Positions 1 through 6,408 of a DNA stretch of 64,000 nucleotides are shown piece by piece (position 1 is the stretch's first letter; every line of letters starts with the position of its first letter). Below the pieces are notes generated by a model that was given only the letters and a program-made list of their open reading frames with translations, was not told the DNA's origin and did no database searches. Source of the DNA: a virus; IMG/VR virus record IMGVR_UViG_3300017731_000001; one strand, 5' to 3'. The position numbers and the translations under genes are program-made.

Positions 1-1045
1 TGATGATTCTAATATCACTCCCAGAGTACCAAATGCGACAGAGAATGAGAATGTCGCGACATCATCTAATTGGAGTACATCACAATTAAGAGATTCGATT
101 GTAGAATATAATATCACACAAAGTGGAAATGATGAAGAATTAGAATTTGCGGATACGAATGCATCACAATGGAATTCTAATTTATCAAAGAATGTTCCAA
201 AGAGAATGGATGTGGAGGGTGTTGTTTATGCGAATGAGACCAGTAAGTATGCACTGAAGTTTAGTCAGGGAGAATATAATAATCTAACGATTAATGTACC
301 GGACGGTGGTGCAATCTATGGTGAGGGTGGTGCTGCCGGAGGAGGAAATGGTGGTGGTGCCCTGTATATTGAGAATACTGCCAGTTATGATAATGTATCG
401 ATCACATTAGGAAGTAATGGTCGAATATGGGCCGGAGGTGGCGGTGGAAATAGTGGGAATCCTGGAAATAGTGGTTCATCTATTAGTTGCAGTAGTACAA
501 GTAGTGCCGGTACGCAGGTCAATAGTGGAATGAATGCCGAGCGATATTGGAATTATAGTGTAGCAGCTGCTGCATGTAGAAGTGCATATGGAAATAATGC
601 AAAGTTAGTAAATGCTGCTCCGGTTGCCGGAACTGTAAGAAATCGTTGTCGTGGTTCAGGTGGAATAGGATTTCGTAGAGGACAAGGATGGAATGGTTTG
701 AGTGGATATAGTTGTAATCCGTCTTGGAATTTAGATTGTAGTTTTACTAACTATAATAATATTGGTGGTGGTAGTGGAGGTTCTGGAGGTAGTGGAGGAG
801 TCGGACAAGGATTTAGTAATCAAGGTGGACCTGGTGCCGGTAATCCTGGTAATAGTGGTAATACTAACTCATGTGCGAACTCAGGTGCAAGTAGCAGTGG
901 AAATCCTGGAAATAGTGGTGGCACAGGAGGAACATGGGGAGTTTCGGCAGGAGGTAGTGCCGGATTTGCGATTAAGAAAAAGAGTACAAGTGTCAATCAA
1001 GGATTATCGGTTAATACTGTCAAGGGCAGTATCAGTAATATATAA
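1..1045 (+). CDS. Glycine-rich tail fibre tip / gp38-like adhesin, 5'-truncated by the window
   Basis: Frame is open from base 2 with no stop before the 206 ATG. IYGEGG, GRIWAGGGGG, GGTWG and GGSAGFAI motifs and many Gly-rich segments resemble T-even gp38 polyglycine adhesins. Confidence 0.6.
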   Translation, partial: DDSNITPRVPNATENENVATSSNWSTSQLRDSIVEYNITQSGNDEELEFADTNASQWNSNLSKNVPKRMDVEGVVYANETSKYALKFSQGEYNNLTINVPDGGAIYGEGGAAGGGNGGGALYIENTASYDNVSITLGSNGRIWAGGGGGNSGNPGNSGSSISCSSTSSAGTQVNSGMNAERYWNYSVAAAACRSAYGNNAKLVNAAPVAGTVRNRCRGSGGIGFRRGQGWNGLSGYSCNPSWNLDCSFTNYNNIGGGSGGSGGSGGVGQGFSNQGGPGAGNPGNSGNTNSCANSGASSSGNPGNSGGTGGTWGVSAGGSAGFAIKKKSTSVNQGLSVNTVKGSISNI

Positions 1046-1066
1046 TTGAAAGTATGATATAATAGT

Positions 1067-1405
1067 ATGATGAATGATGTGAAACTTGCGACAATTGTAT
1101 TTCATTTTCTGGATGAATTCTTTTTGCAGGAAGCATCCGGAAAGGAATGGAGTGCATCAAAGAACTGTCAAAAGGAAAGGTGGTCAATTTGTGATGAATG
1201 TGAGTATTTTGATGAACCCGAGGAGGGATGTAAGTATTGTGGATGTTATCTACCACATAAGATAAAGGATCCATTTGGTGATTGTCCATTAGATAAGTGG
1301 ATATCAAATAGTGAGCAGTGGTATGATGAGGACTATGATTATCTCAAACAATTAATTATTGAAAAGAACCCAGAACTGAAGGAGTATTTGAATGGAAACA
1401 ATTGA
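1067..1405 (+). CDS. Small Cys-rich protein (R..IC..C...C..CGC....K.....CP..KW), DUF6171-like
   Basis: ERWSICDECEYF...GCKYCGCYLPHKIK...CPLDKW; paralogue at 1987-2283. Confidence 0.7.
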   Translation: MMNDVKLATIVFHFLDEFFLQEASGKEWSASKNCQKERWSICDECEYFDEPEEGCKYCGCYLPHKIKDPFGDCPLDKWISNSEQWYDEDYDYLKQLIIEKNPELKEYLNGNN

Positions 1406-1994
1406 ACTCAAAGGTGAATATAGTGATTTTATAGGAACGTATTCTAATGTATATGATTCTAAGTTCTGTGATGGTATTATAAAGTCTTTTGATTATTATC
1501 AGGATATTGATGCAGTGTTCTGTGAAGACAATCAATTTGAGAACAGTAATGCCGGACGATTTGATTGGGCATTAGATTTGGCAGAGATGAATCCTGCAAT
1601 GAAAGATAATCAATCACAGTTATTAAATGAAACATTACAACCATGTTTTAATGAATATGTAAATGTCTTTGGTCATCTAAAGACTGTACCAATGTATTCA
1701 CTCTCACAGAAGATACAGAAGACTCCTGCCGGTGGTGGTTATCATGTCTGGCACGATGAGAACTCAAACTTAGAACAATCCAATCGATGTCTTGTATGGA
1801 TGATCTATTTGAATGATGATTATCAAGGTGGAGAAACAGAGTTTTTATATTATAAGAAAAGAATACAACCTGAGAAGGGAAAGTTACTAATATGGCCCGC
1901 AGGTATGACACATTGCCATAGAGGAGGGTTAGTCTTAGAAGGAACAAAGTATATTGCAACAGGTTGGTTCTATTTGGCAAATTACAATGGATGA
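1392..1994 (+). CDS. 2OG-Fe(II) oxygenase, prolyl-4-hydroxylase-like
   Basis: HxD (YHVWHDE), YLNDDYQGGETEF, distal His (THCHRG) and KYIATGW. Confidence 0.9.
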   Translation: METIELKGEYSDFIGTYSNVYDSKFCDGIIKSFDYYQDIDAVFCEDNQFENSNAGRFDWALDLAEMNPAMKDNQSQLLNETLQPCFNEYVNVFGHLKTVPMYSLSQKIQKTPAGGGYHVWHDENSNLEQSNRCLVWMIYLNDDYQGGETEFLYYKKRIQPEKGKLLIWPAGMTHCHRGGLVLEGTKYIATGWFYLANYNG

Positions 1995-2283
1995 TAATAA
2001 CAAGGACGCACAGAGTGCTCATCCCCAGGGGGAAGAGTTTCCTACAATTAAGGAACAAGGAAAGAGTCTTGCAAAGTTTACATTTGAAGTGGTCAAGGAT
2101 GGTGTATTAAATCTATCACCAGGAGAAGTATTCGCAAGTGATGAATTAAAAAAAGAACGATTGGATATATGTAAGAAGTGTGAGTATTATAGTATGAGAC
2201 AGAATAGATGTAAACACTGTGGTTGTTGGTTAGAACATAAGGTTAAGTTCAAGGTAAGTGAGTGTCCTATCTACAAATGGTGA
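1987..2283 (+). CDS. Small Cys-rich protein, paralogue of 1067-1405
   Basis: ERLDICKKCEYY...RCKHCGCWLEHKVK...CPIYKW. Start moved to ATG 1987, which overlaps the oxygenase end. Confidence 0.7.
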   Translation: MDDNNKDAQSAHPQGEEFPTIKEQGKSLAKFTFEVVKDGVLNLSPGEVFASDELKKERLDICKKCEYYSMRQNRCKHCGCWLEHKVKFKVSECPIYKW

Positions 2284-2496
2284 ATGATAATGAATGAGAT
2301 AGTTAAGGTATGGAAGTATACTCTGGGTAGTTTTAATGATGAAAAGACTGAGAGATATGATAATATTATTTGTATTCTAAGAACGGGTATATTACTGACT
2401 TATCTGTTGACGAATGTCTTTATTGTGGCAGGAGTGGTGAGACACTGGAATTCAGTTAAAAGTGTATCCATTGATACAGAATACATTAAAAAATAG
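2284..2496 (+). CDS. Small membrane protein, cyanophage hypothetical
   Basis: One hydrophobic segment, VWKYTLGSF...VVRHW pattern, directly follows the previous stop. Confidence 0.65.
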   Translation: MIMNEIVKVWKYTLGSFNDEKTERYDNIICILRTGILLTYLLTNVFIVAGVVRHWNSVKSVSIDTEYIKK

Positions 2497-2527
2497 GTTT
2501 TAAATATGATTATAAATATAAAACTCT

Positions 2528-2601
2528 TTTTTAACAAGGTTGTGGAAAAGTGTATTATTTGTGTGGATAAACCCTTATATTAGTTGTTTATCTGTGGAAA
2601 A
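2528..2601. promoter_or_regulatory. Cluster of DnaA-box matches
   Basis: TGTGGAAAA at 2541 and 2593 (reverse complement TTTTCCACA), TGTGGATAA at 2562 (reverse complement TTATCCACA), and a degenerate opposite-orientation TTTTTAACA at 2528. Confidence 0.6.
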
Positions 2602-2611
2602 CTATGAGTAT

Positions 2612-2703
2612 AGTATCTTCCAAGTATCTTCCAAGTATCTTCTAAGTATCTCTTAAACCTTAGATCTAATATCTTTAAGTATCTCATAAACCTCACATCT
2701 TAT
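2612..2703. repeat. 11-bp phased tandem repeat (AGTATCTTCCA) with a 33-bp higher-order unit
   Basis: Units at 2612, 2623, 2634, 2645 and an in-phase copy at 2678; 2643-2670 resembles 2676-2703. Confidence 0.9.
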
Positions 2704-2715
2704 GCAAGTTTAGCG

Positions 2716-2744
2716 AGCGTATCATGGAGAGCGCGGTTTGTCAA
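2716..2744 (-). promoter_or_regulatory. Sigma70-type promoter firing leftwards into the repeat/DnaA-box region
   Basis: Minus strand reads TTGACA-17bp-TACGCT with TG of an extended -10. Confidence 0.6.
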
Positions 2745-2845
2745 CCCACGGGACGCGAAATTTTTCTCGACGAGACATAAATTGTAACATAAAGACATCT
2801 TATAGTATAAATATATTGATTATAAATCTCGTCTAGATCTTACAT

Positions 2846-2875
2846 TTGACATAGAACGAGATTACATGATATAAT
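2846..2875 (+). promoter_or_regulatory. Consensus sigma70 early promoter
   Basis: TTGACA(2846)-18bp-TATAAT(2870) with TGn extension. Confidence 0.8.
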
Positions 2876-2902
2876 CATACAATAGATATCTCGACGAGAA
2901 CC

Positions 2903-3082
2903 ATGAACGACTACGAGACATTCTACATATGGGACTACGAGACATCATGTCATGATACTCGCGACGAGATGTATATGCTCGACGAGATGCATCATGATAC
3001 ACAATACACATATGATCTAGATGATGAATATGCACGAGATAGCACAGACTATCAGGCACTTGCATATAGACATTACGCATGA
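2903..3082 (+). CDS. 59-aa acidic Tyr-rich protein (not in ORF track)
   Basis: MNDYETFYIWDYETSCHDTRDEMYMLDEMHHDTQYTYDLDDEYARDSTDYQALAYRHYA, directly downstream of the 2846 promoter. Confidence 0.6.
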   Translation: MNDYETFYIWDYETSCHDTRDEMYMLDEMHHDTQYTYDLDDEYARDSTDYQALAYRHYA

Positions 3083-3088
3083 TATAAT
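3060..3088 (+). promoter_or_regulatory. Sigma70-type promoter
   Basis: TTGCAT-17bp-TATAAT with TG extension, overlapping the 3082 stop. Confidence 0.6.
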
Positions 3089-3112
3089 ACGTAAACATCA
3101 CACGAGATACAC

Positions 3113-3265
3113 ATGTACGCACAGAAACGAATTGTGAGTGTTACATTAGACATTGAGTGTTATGAAGATCTAGATGTAGAGAATATCGATTGGACTGATA
3201 TTCTAGGTCTAGAAGGTGATGAACATATTGACATTAGTATAAAAGAAACAGTTAACAACTACTAG
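3113..3265 (+). CDS. 50-aa acidic protein (not in ORF track)
   Basis: MYAQKRIVSVTLDIECYEDLDVENIDWTDILGLEGDEHIDISIKETVNNY, downstream of the 3060 promoter. Confidence 0.6.
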   Translation: MYAQKRIVSVTLDIECYEDLDVENIDWTDILGLEGDEHIDISIKETVNNY

Positions 3266-3363
3266 TGTGTCAGTTTGTAGATTGGCACACTTAAAACTAG
3301 TGTCTTGTGCCAATCGAACTAGTGTCACACGAGGCGGCCACAGACCTGAAAATCGTGTATTGT
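3266..3363 (+). promoter_or_regulatory. Early promoter element copy 1 with tandem palindromic operators
   Basis: GTGTCAGT-N6-ATTGGCAC, then GTGCCAAT-N6-AGTGTCAC, then CACAGACCTGAAAATCGTGTATTGT. Confidence 0.75.
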
Positions 3364-3388
3364 AGTTAAGTCATCAGAAATTCACCAA

Positions 3389-3628
3389 ATGCAAGGTTAC
3401 AACGGTTGGGCAAATTGGGAGACCTGGAATGTTGCTCTCTGGATCGGAAATGATCCTGGTTTGTATGAACTGGCATGTGAAACTGCAAGGGATGGTGGAA
3501 CTTATGGTCACCTGGTAAGTATGATTCTCGATTGTGGAAGTAAAGAAACACCAGACGGATGTAAGTGGGACGATGTAAAGATAGACGGAATCGAGGTTAA
3601 TAACATGATGAAAGAACTTATAGACTAA
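3389..3628 (+). CDS. Early hypothetical protein (YNGWxNWETW family)
   Basis: Intact ORF after promoter element; its stop TAA lies inside the 15-bp element. Confidence 0.8.
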   Translation: MQGYNGWANWETWNVALWIGNDPGLYELACETARDGGTYGHLVSMILDCGSKETPDGCKWDDVKIDGIEVNNMMKELID

Positions 3629-3710
3629 GTAACACTCAGGTCAGCTGACCGTGGACAGTCGGACTAGTGTCACAAGGTTTCGGCACAGACCTCAAAACCG
3701 TGTATTGTAG
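3622..3710 (+). repeat. About 89-bp intergenic repeat (15-bp end element + operator + promoter), copy A
   Basis: Nearly identical to 4394-4482. Confidence 0.9.
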
Positions 3711-3736
3711 TTTCAAGTCAAACAATTTTCATCAAA

Positions 3737-3886
3737 ATGGATTACGACACTTTCGACACTGACATTTTCTCTGAGATTAATGACATGCCAGGAGAGATTT
3801 ATGATGTGATTGAATACAAGGAAGAAGGAGAAGATGATAAGAAGTTTGATGTGGAAGAATATATTGAAGGAAATACAGACTACTAA
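3737..3886 (+). CDS. 49-aa highly acidic protein (not in ORF track)
   Basis: MDYDTFDTDIFSEINDMPGEIYDVIEYKEEGEDDKKFDVEEYIEGNTDY; stop lies inside ACTAAGTAACACTCA. Confidence 0.7.
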   Translation: MDYDTFDTDIFSEINDMPGEIYDVIEYKEEGEDDKKFDVEEYIEGNTDY

Positions 3887-3896
3887 GTAACACTCA
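3882..3896 (+). repeat. 15-bp ORF-end element ACTAAGTAACACTCA
   Basis: Exact copies at 3624, 3882, 4081 and 4396. Confidence 0.9.
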
Positions 3897-3921
3897 CTCA
3901 TTCACCCTATCTAACACTACC

Positions 3922-4077
3922 ATGACCGAACTTGAAATGCAAGCAATTGAAGTCCTTGAAATCGTTGAGGATTCAGTAGAATACATTTGTGCCGAAAATG
4001 TTATCAGTGGAGAAAAGGTCTGGACTATGATAGCAGCACTTGCAGATGCCAAACTTGCACAATTCCCTGATAATTGA
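3922..4077 (+). CDS. 51-aa acidic protein (not in ORF track)
   Basis: MTELEMQAIEVLEIVEDSVEYICAENVISGEKVWTMIAALADAKLAQFPDN, lying between two 15-bp elements. Confidence 0.7.
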   Translation: MTELEMQAIEVLEIVEDSVEYICAENVISGEKVWTMIAALADAKLAQFPDN

Positions 4078-4080
4078 GAG

Positions 4081-4095
4081 ACTAAGTAACACTCA
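4081..4095 (+). repeat. 15-bp ORF-end element ACTAAGTAACACTCA
   Basis: Exact copy 3 nt after the TGA at 4077. Confidence 0.9.
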
Positions 4096-4113
4096 CCTCA
4101 CTTCATTCAAATC

Positions 4114-4404
4114 ATGAACTACACTCTCAAGCAACTTCAAGACCGTGTTAATAGTATGATCAAAGAACAGGGAGAAGATGCAGAATGTGCCGCATGGATT
4201 TATACCAAGGAAGATATTCATATGAAGGATGAAAATGGTGAGGTTGATTATGATATTGAGGTAAATGATCCTACACTTGTTGCACGTATCTTTGATGATG
4301 TTGGGCAGATAGATTACATCTACACCATGATTCAAGACTGTGTGGATGAGGTTACAGAGGAGCAACTAATGTTACAACAGCAGGAATTAGTGGAGACTAA
4401 GTAA
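4114..4404 (+). CDS. Early acidic hypothetical protein, 96 aa
   Basis: Intact ORF whose stop is the second TAA of the 15-bp element. Confidence 0.8.
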   Translation: MNYTLKQLQDRVNSMIKEQGEDAECAAWIYTKEDIHMKDENGEVDYDIEVNDPTLVARIFDDVGQIDYIYTMIQDCVDEVTEEQLMLQQQELVETK

Positions 4405-4482
4405 CACTCAGGTCCGCTGCCCGTGGACGGTTGAGTTAGTGTCACACGATTTTGGCACAGACCTCAAAACCGTGTATTGTAG
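4394..4482 (+). repeat. About 89-bp intergenic repeat, copy B
   Basis: Matches 3622-3710; includes TTGGCA-17bp-TATTGT and a stem-loop CACGATTTTG/CAAAACCGTG. Confidence 0.9.
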
Positions 4483-4504
4483 AAGGGTGAAAAAAATCAA
4501 CCAA

Positions 4505-4720
4505 ATGCAAACCTACACCGACCCTTGCACCTATGCCATGCAAAGTGACATGCGCCAACTGAAAGAGATGATCGCATCAGACCTTGCAAACTACATGTTG
4601 GAGATGATGCCTCCCCTTGATATGTGTGTCGATTGGGTATGTGATCGTTTTGCATTGGATGCAACCGACGAACTGATAGATTTCGTTGCTGATTGTCATG
4701 ATGAGTTCTTCGGTAACTGA
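4505..4720 (+). CDS. Early acidic hypothetical protein, 71 aa
   Basis: Start moved to ATG 4505 because the track start lies inside the promoter element. Confidence 0.7.
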   Translation: MQTYTDPCTYAMQSDMRQLKEMIASDLANYMLEMMPPLDMCVDWVCDRFALDATDELIDFVADCHDEFFGN

Positions 4721-4729
4721 TTCAAACCT

Positions 4730-4837
4730 ATGAAATTCACCATCGTTAAGTTCAAAGGTCGTTGGGTCAAAGTATCCAACAAACTATCACCTCCGACTGA
4801 ATGGGTTACAGTCATCAACAAAGCAAACCTTAAGTAA
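4730..4837 (+). CDS. 35-aa basic peptide (not in ORF track)
   Basis: MKFTIVKFKGRWVKVSNKLSPPTEWVTVINKANLK; ends in the degenerate element CTTAAGTAACAC. Confidence 0.55.
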   Translation: MKFTIVKFKGRWVKVSNKLSPPTEWVTVINKANLK

Positions 4838-4846
4838 CACAAACTC

Positions 4847-4978
4847 ATGCGTATCTGTCTTTCTGCCATTGTTATTTTGTTGGGTGCTAATCTTCTCATC
4901 GATCTGCTGGATTCTGATATGGTACAAATTATGCAAGAACGTAACGAAACAATCCAGCGCAGCATAGACCGCATGTGA
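4847..4978 (+). CDS. 43-aa membrane-anchored peptide (not in ORF track)
   Basis: MRICLSAIVILLGANLLIDLLDSDMVQIMQERNETIQRSIDRM; stop overlaps the next operator. Confidence 0.6.
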   Translation: MRICLSAIVILLGANLLIDLLDSDMVQIMQERNETIQRSIDRM

Positions 4979-5031
4979 CAGTCGGACTAGTGCCACACGA
5001 TTTTGGCACGACCCTCAAAACCGTGTATTGT
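4975..5031 (+). promoter_or_regulatory. Early promoter element copy 4
   Basis: GTGACAGT-N6-AGTGCCAC...TTGGCA-17bp-TATTGT. Confidence 0.8.
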
Positions 5032-5084
5032 ATAGAAGTGGAGGGGACAACGCCCGCCACACGCTCTAAACCTCTTCTCTTCTC

Positions 5085-5411
5085 ATGCGTAAAATCGAAA
5101 CCCAGATGAACGTCGCAGTCCAGGCGAACCAGAACTGGACCTCCGGCAACACCAGCGTTTTGACAGAGGACGGCATCTCCAAAGTCTATCTCCATGGCAA
5201 CCTGATCGCTGAGGTTGATGAAGATTCAATGAAACTCTACGACGGCGGTTTCCAGTCCAATACCACCAAATCTCGTCTCAACGCTCTCTGTGATGCGTTC
5301 GGTTATTCTGGCGAAGGCGTATTCCAGAAGAACTGGACCTGGTTCGTCCGTCTCTGGACTGGCACCGAATTCCATACCACTGAGTTCCGGAACGGTATGC
5401 GCCTCGCCTGA
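5085..5411 (+). CDS. Early hypothetical protein, 108 aa
   Basis: Intact ORF after the promoter and a 5' hairpin; VYLHGNLIA and TTKSRLNAL pattern seen in phage early proteins. Confidence 0.8.
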   Translation: MRKIETQMNVAVQANQNWTSGNTSVLTEDGISKVYLHGNLIAEVDEDSMKLYDGGFQSNTTKSRLNALCDAFGYSGEGVFQKNWTWFVRLWTGTEFHTTEFRNGMRLA

Positions 5412-5452
5412 TACAAATCTCCCTCTAATCCTTCAAAATCCTAATTCACAAC

Positions 5453-6364
5453 ATGACAAAAAACCTTCACATCGAACATCCCGAAGACACAATCCTTACC
5501 GGAGATACTTCGTTTTTGGTATCTCTCAAACTGAAGGGTGATTTATCAGTGAAGATTGATGGTGCTCCGGCAATCGTTTGGGGGACCAATCCTGCATCGG
5601 GTGAGTTCTTCGTTGGGACCAAATCCGTATTCAACAAAGTAAAGATCAAAATCAACGAATCGCATCAGGACATCGATGCAAACCACACGGGAGAGGTTGC
5701 AACAATTCTGCATAAGTGCTTCGACTATCTACCACGGGTCGGGGGTATTATTCAGGGGGACTTCATCGGATTCGGTGGGTCTGATGAATACACACCGAAC
5801 ACAATCACGTATCAATTCGATGATACCGTAGAAGAGGAAATCATCGTGGCACCTCATACGCTCTACACGGCAGAATCCGACCTACGTGATGCCGTGGCAG
5901 AACCGCTAAGGTTTATGATTACCGATACAGTTTATTGTAAGTTCGTGTTCCCTAAGGCATATATCTGGAGCGGGTATTATGATGACGGATTGGATCAGTT
6001 TGAGATGCCTCCCGTCATAGACTTGATTCGTCAGGTGTATGATAAGACAACATTCGTAAGTGATAGAGACGCCGCACAGATTAAGCAAAATGTGAATAAG
6101 TCAATTCGCGAAGGTTATCCTATGACGAATGAGGACTTCATGGGCAATGAGTCACTTATGCACCTCTACGGGTTGATGATAGTTTTGAAAGAAGAGTTGA
6201 TGAATCAGTGCCGCAATGTAGGTCCTGAGGCATACCTAGGTCAGGATAGAATCGATGGTGAGGGTTATGTTTATTCCACTGAGTTAGGTACATATAAGTT
6301 GGTTAATCGTCAGCAGTTTTCTGTTGCTAACTTCAACAACACTAAGTTCACAACAGTCTCATAA
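5453..6364 (+). CDS. Ligase-like nucleotidyltransferase-fold protein (DUF6267-like)
   Basis: Candidate motif I SVKIDG, motif III IQGDF, motif IV DGEGYV and motif V YKLVNR. Confidence 0.6.
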   Translation: MTKNLHIEHPEDTILTGDTSFLVSLKLKGDLSVKIDGAPAIVWGTNPASGEFFVGTKSVFNKVKIKINESHQDIDANHTGEVATILHKCFDYLPRVGGIIQGDFIGFGGSDEYTPNTITYQFDDTVEEEIIVAPHTLYTAESDLRDAVAEPLRFMITDTVYCKFVFPKAYIWSGYYDDGLDQFEMPPVIDLIRQVYDKTTFVSDRDAAQIKQNVNKSIREGYPMTNEDFMGNESLMHLYGLMIVLKEELMNQCRNVGPEAYLGQDRIDGEGYVYSTELGTYKLVNRQQFSVANFNNTKFTTVS

Positions 6365-6386
6365 TCAGTCGTTCGTGAATACAGCA

Positions 6387-6408
6387 GTCCCCCCGTTTAA
6401 GGGGGGGC
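6387..6408 (+). terminator. GC-rich hairpin closing the early island
   Basis: GTCCCCCC-gtttaa-GGGGGGGC followed by GTTTA; the U-tract is short. Confidence 0.5.

Larger units (their letters stand above)
2765..3107. repeat. Dispersed ACGAGA / TCTCGACGAGA repeats
   Basis: ACGAGA at 2770, 2856, 2894, 2913, 2937, 2964, 2982, 3034, 3102; reverse copy at 2827; palindrome TCTCGACGAGA at 2765 and 2889. Confidence 0.8.

Noticed and set aside
2582-2689. Possible 35-codon minus-strand ORF (MRYLKILDLRF...) under the leftward promoter
   Set aside because: It runs through 11-bp repeats that change frame each unit and through a DnaA box, so a non-coding role is more parsimonious; not formally excluded.
4439-4504. 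N-terminal extension of the 4439-4720 track ORF
   Set aside because: It is a translation of the repeated operator/promoter element; the likely start is 4505.
3624-4843. CRISPR array interpretation of the 15-bp repeats
   Set aside because: Repeats are too short, spacing is irregular (about 200-430 bp), the intervening DNA is whole ORFs, and no cas genes are present.
3266-5031. Classical integron
   Set aside because: No tyrosine recombinase in the window and no recognisable attC R/L box architecture; kept only as an analogy.
6341-6355. Possible sixth copy of the 15-bp element near the end of the ligase-like gene
   Set aside because: Only ACTAAGT matches and it does not supply the stop codon.
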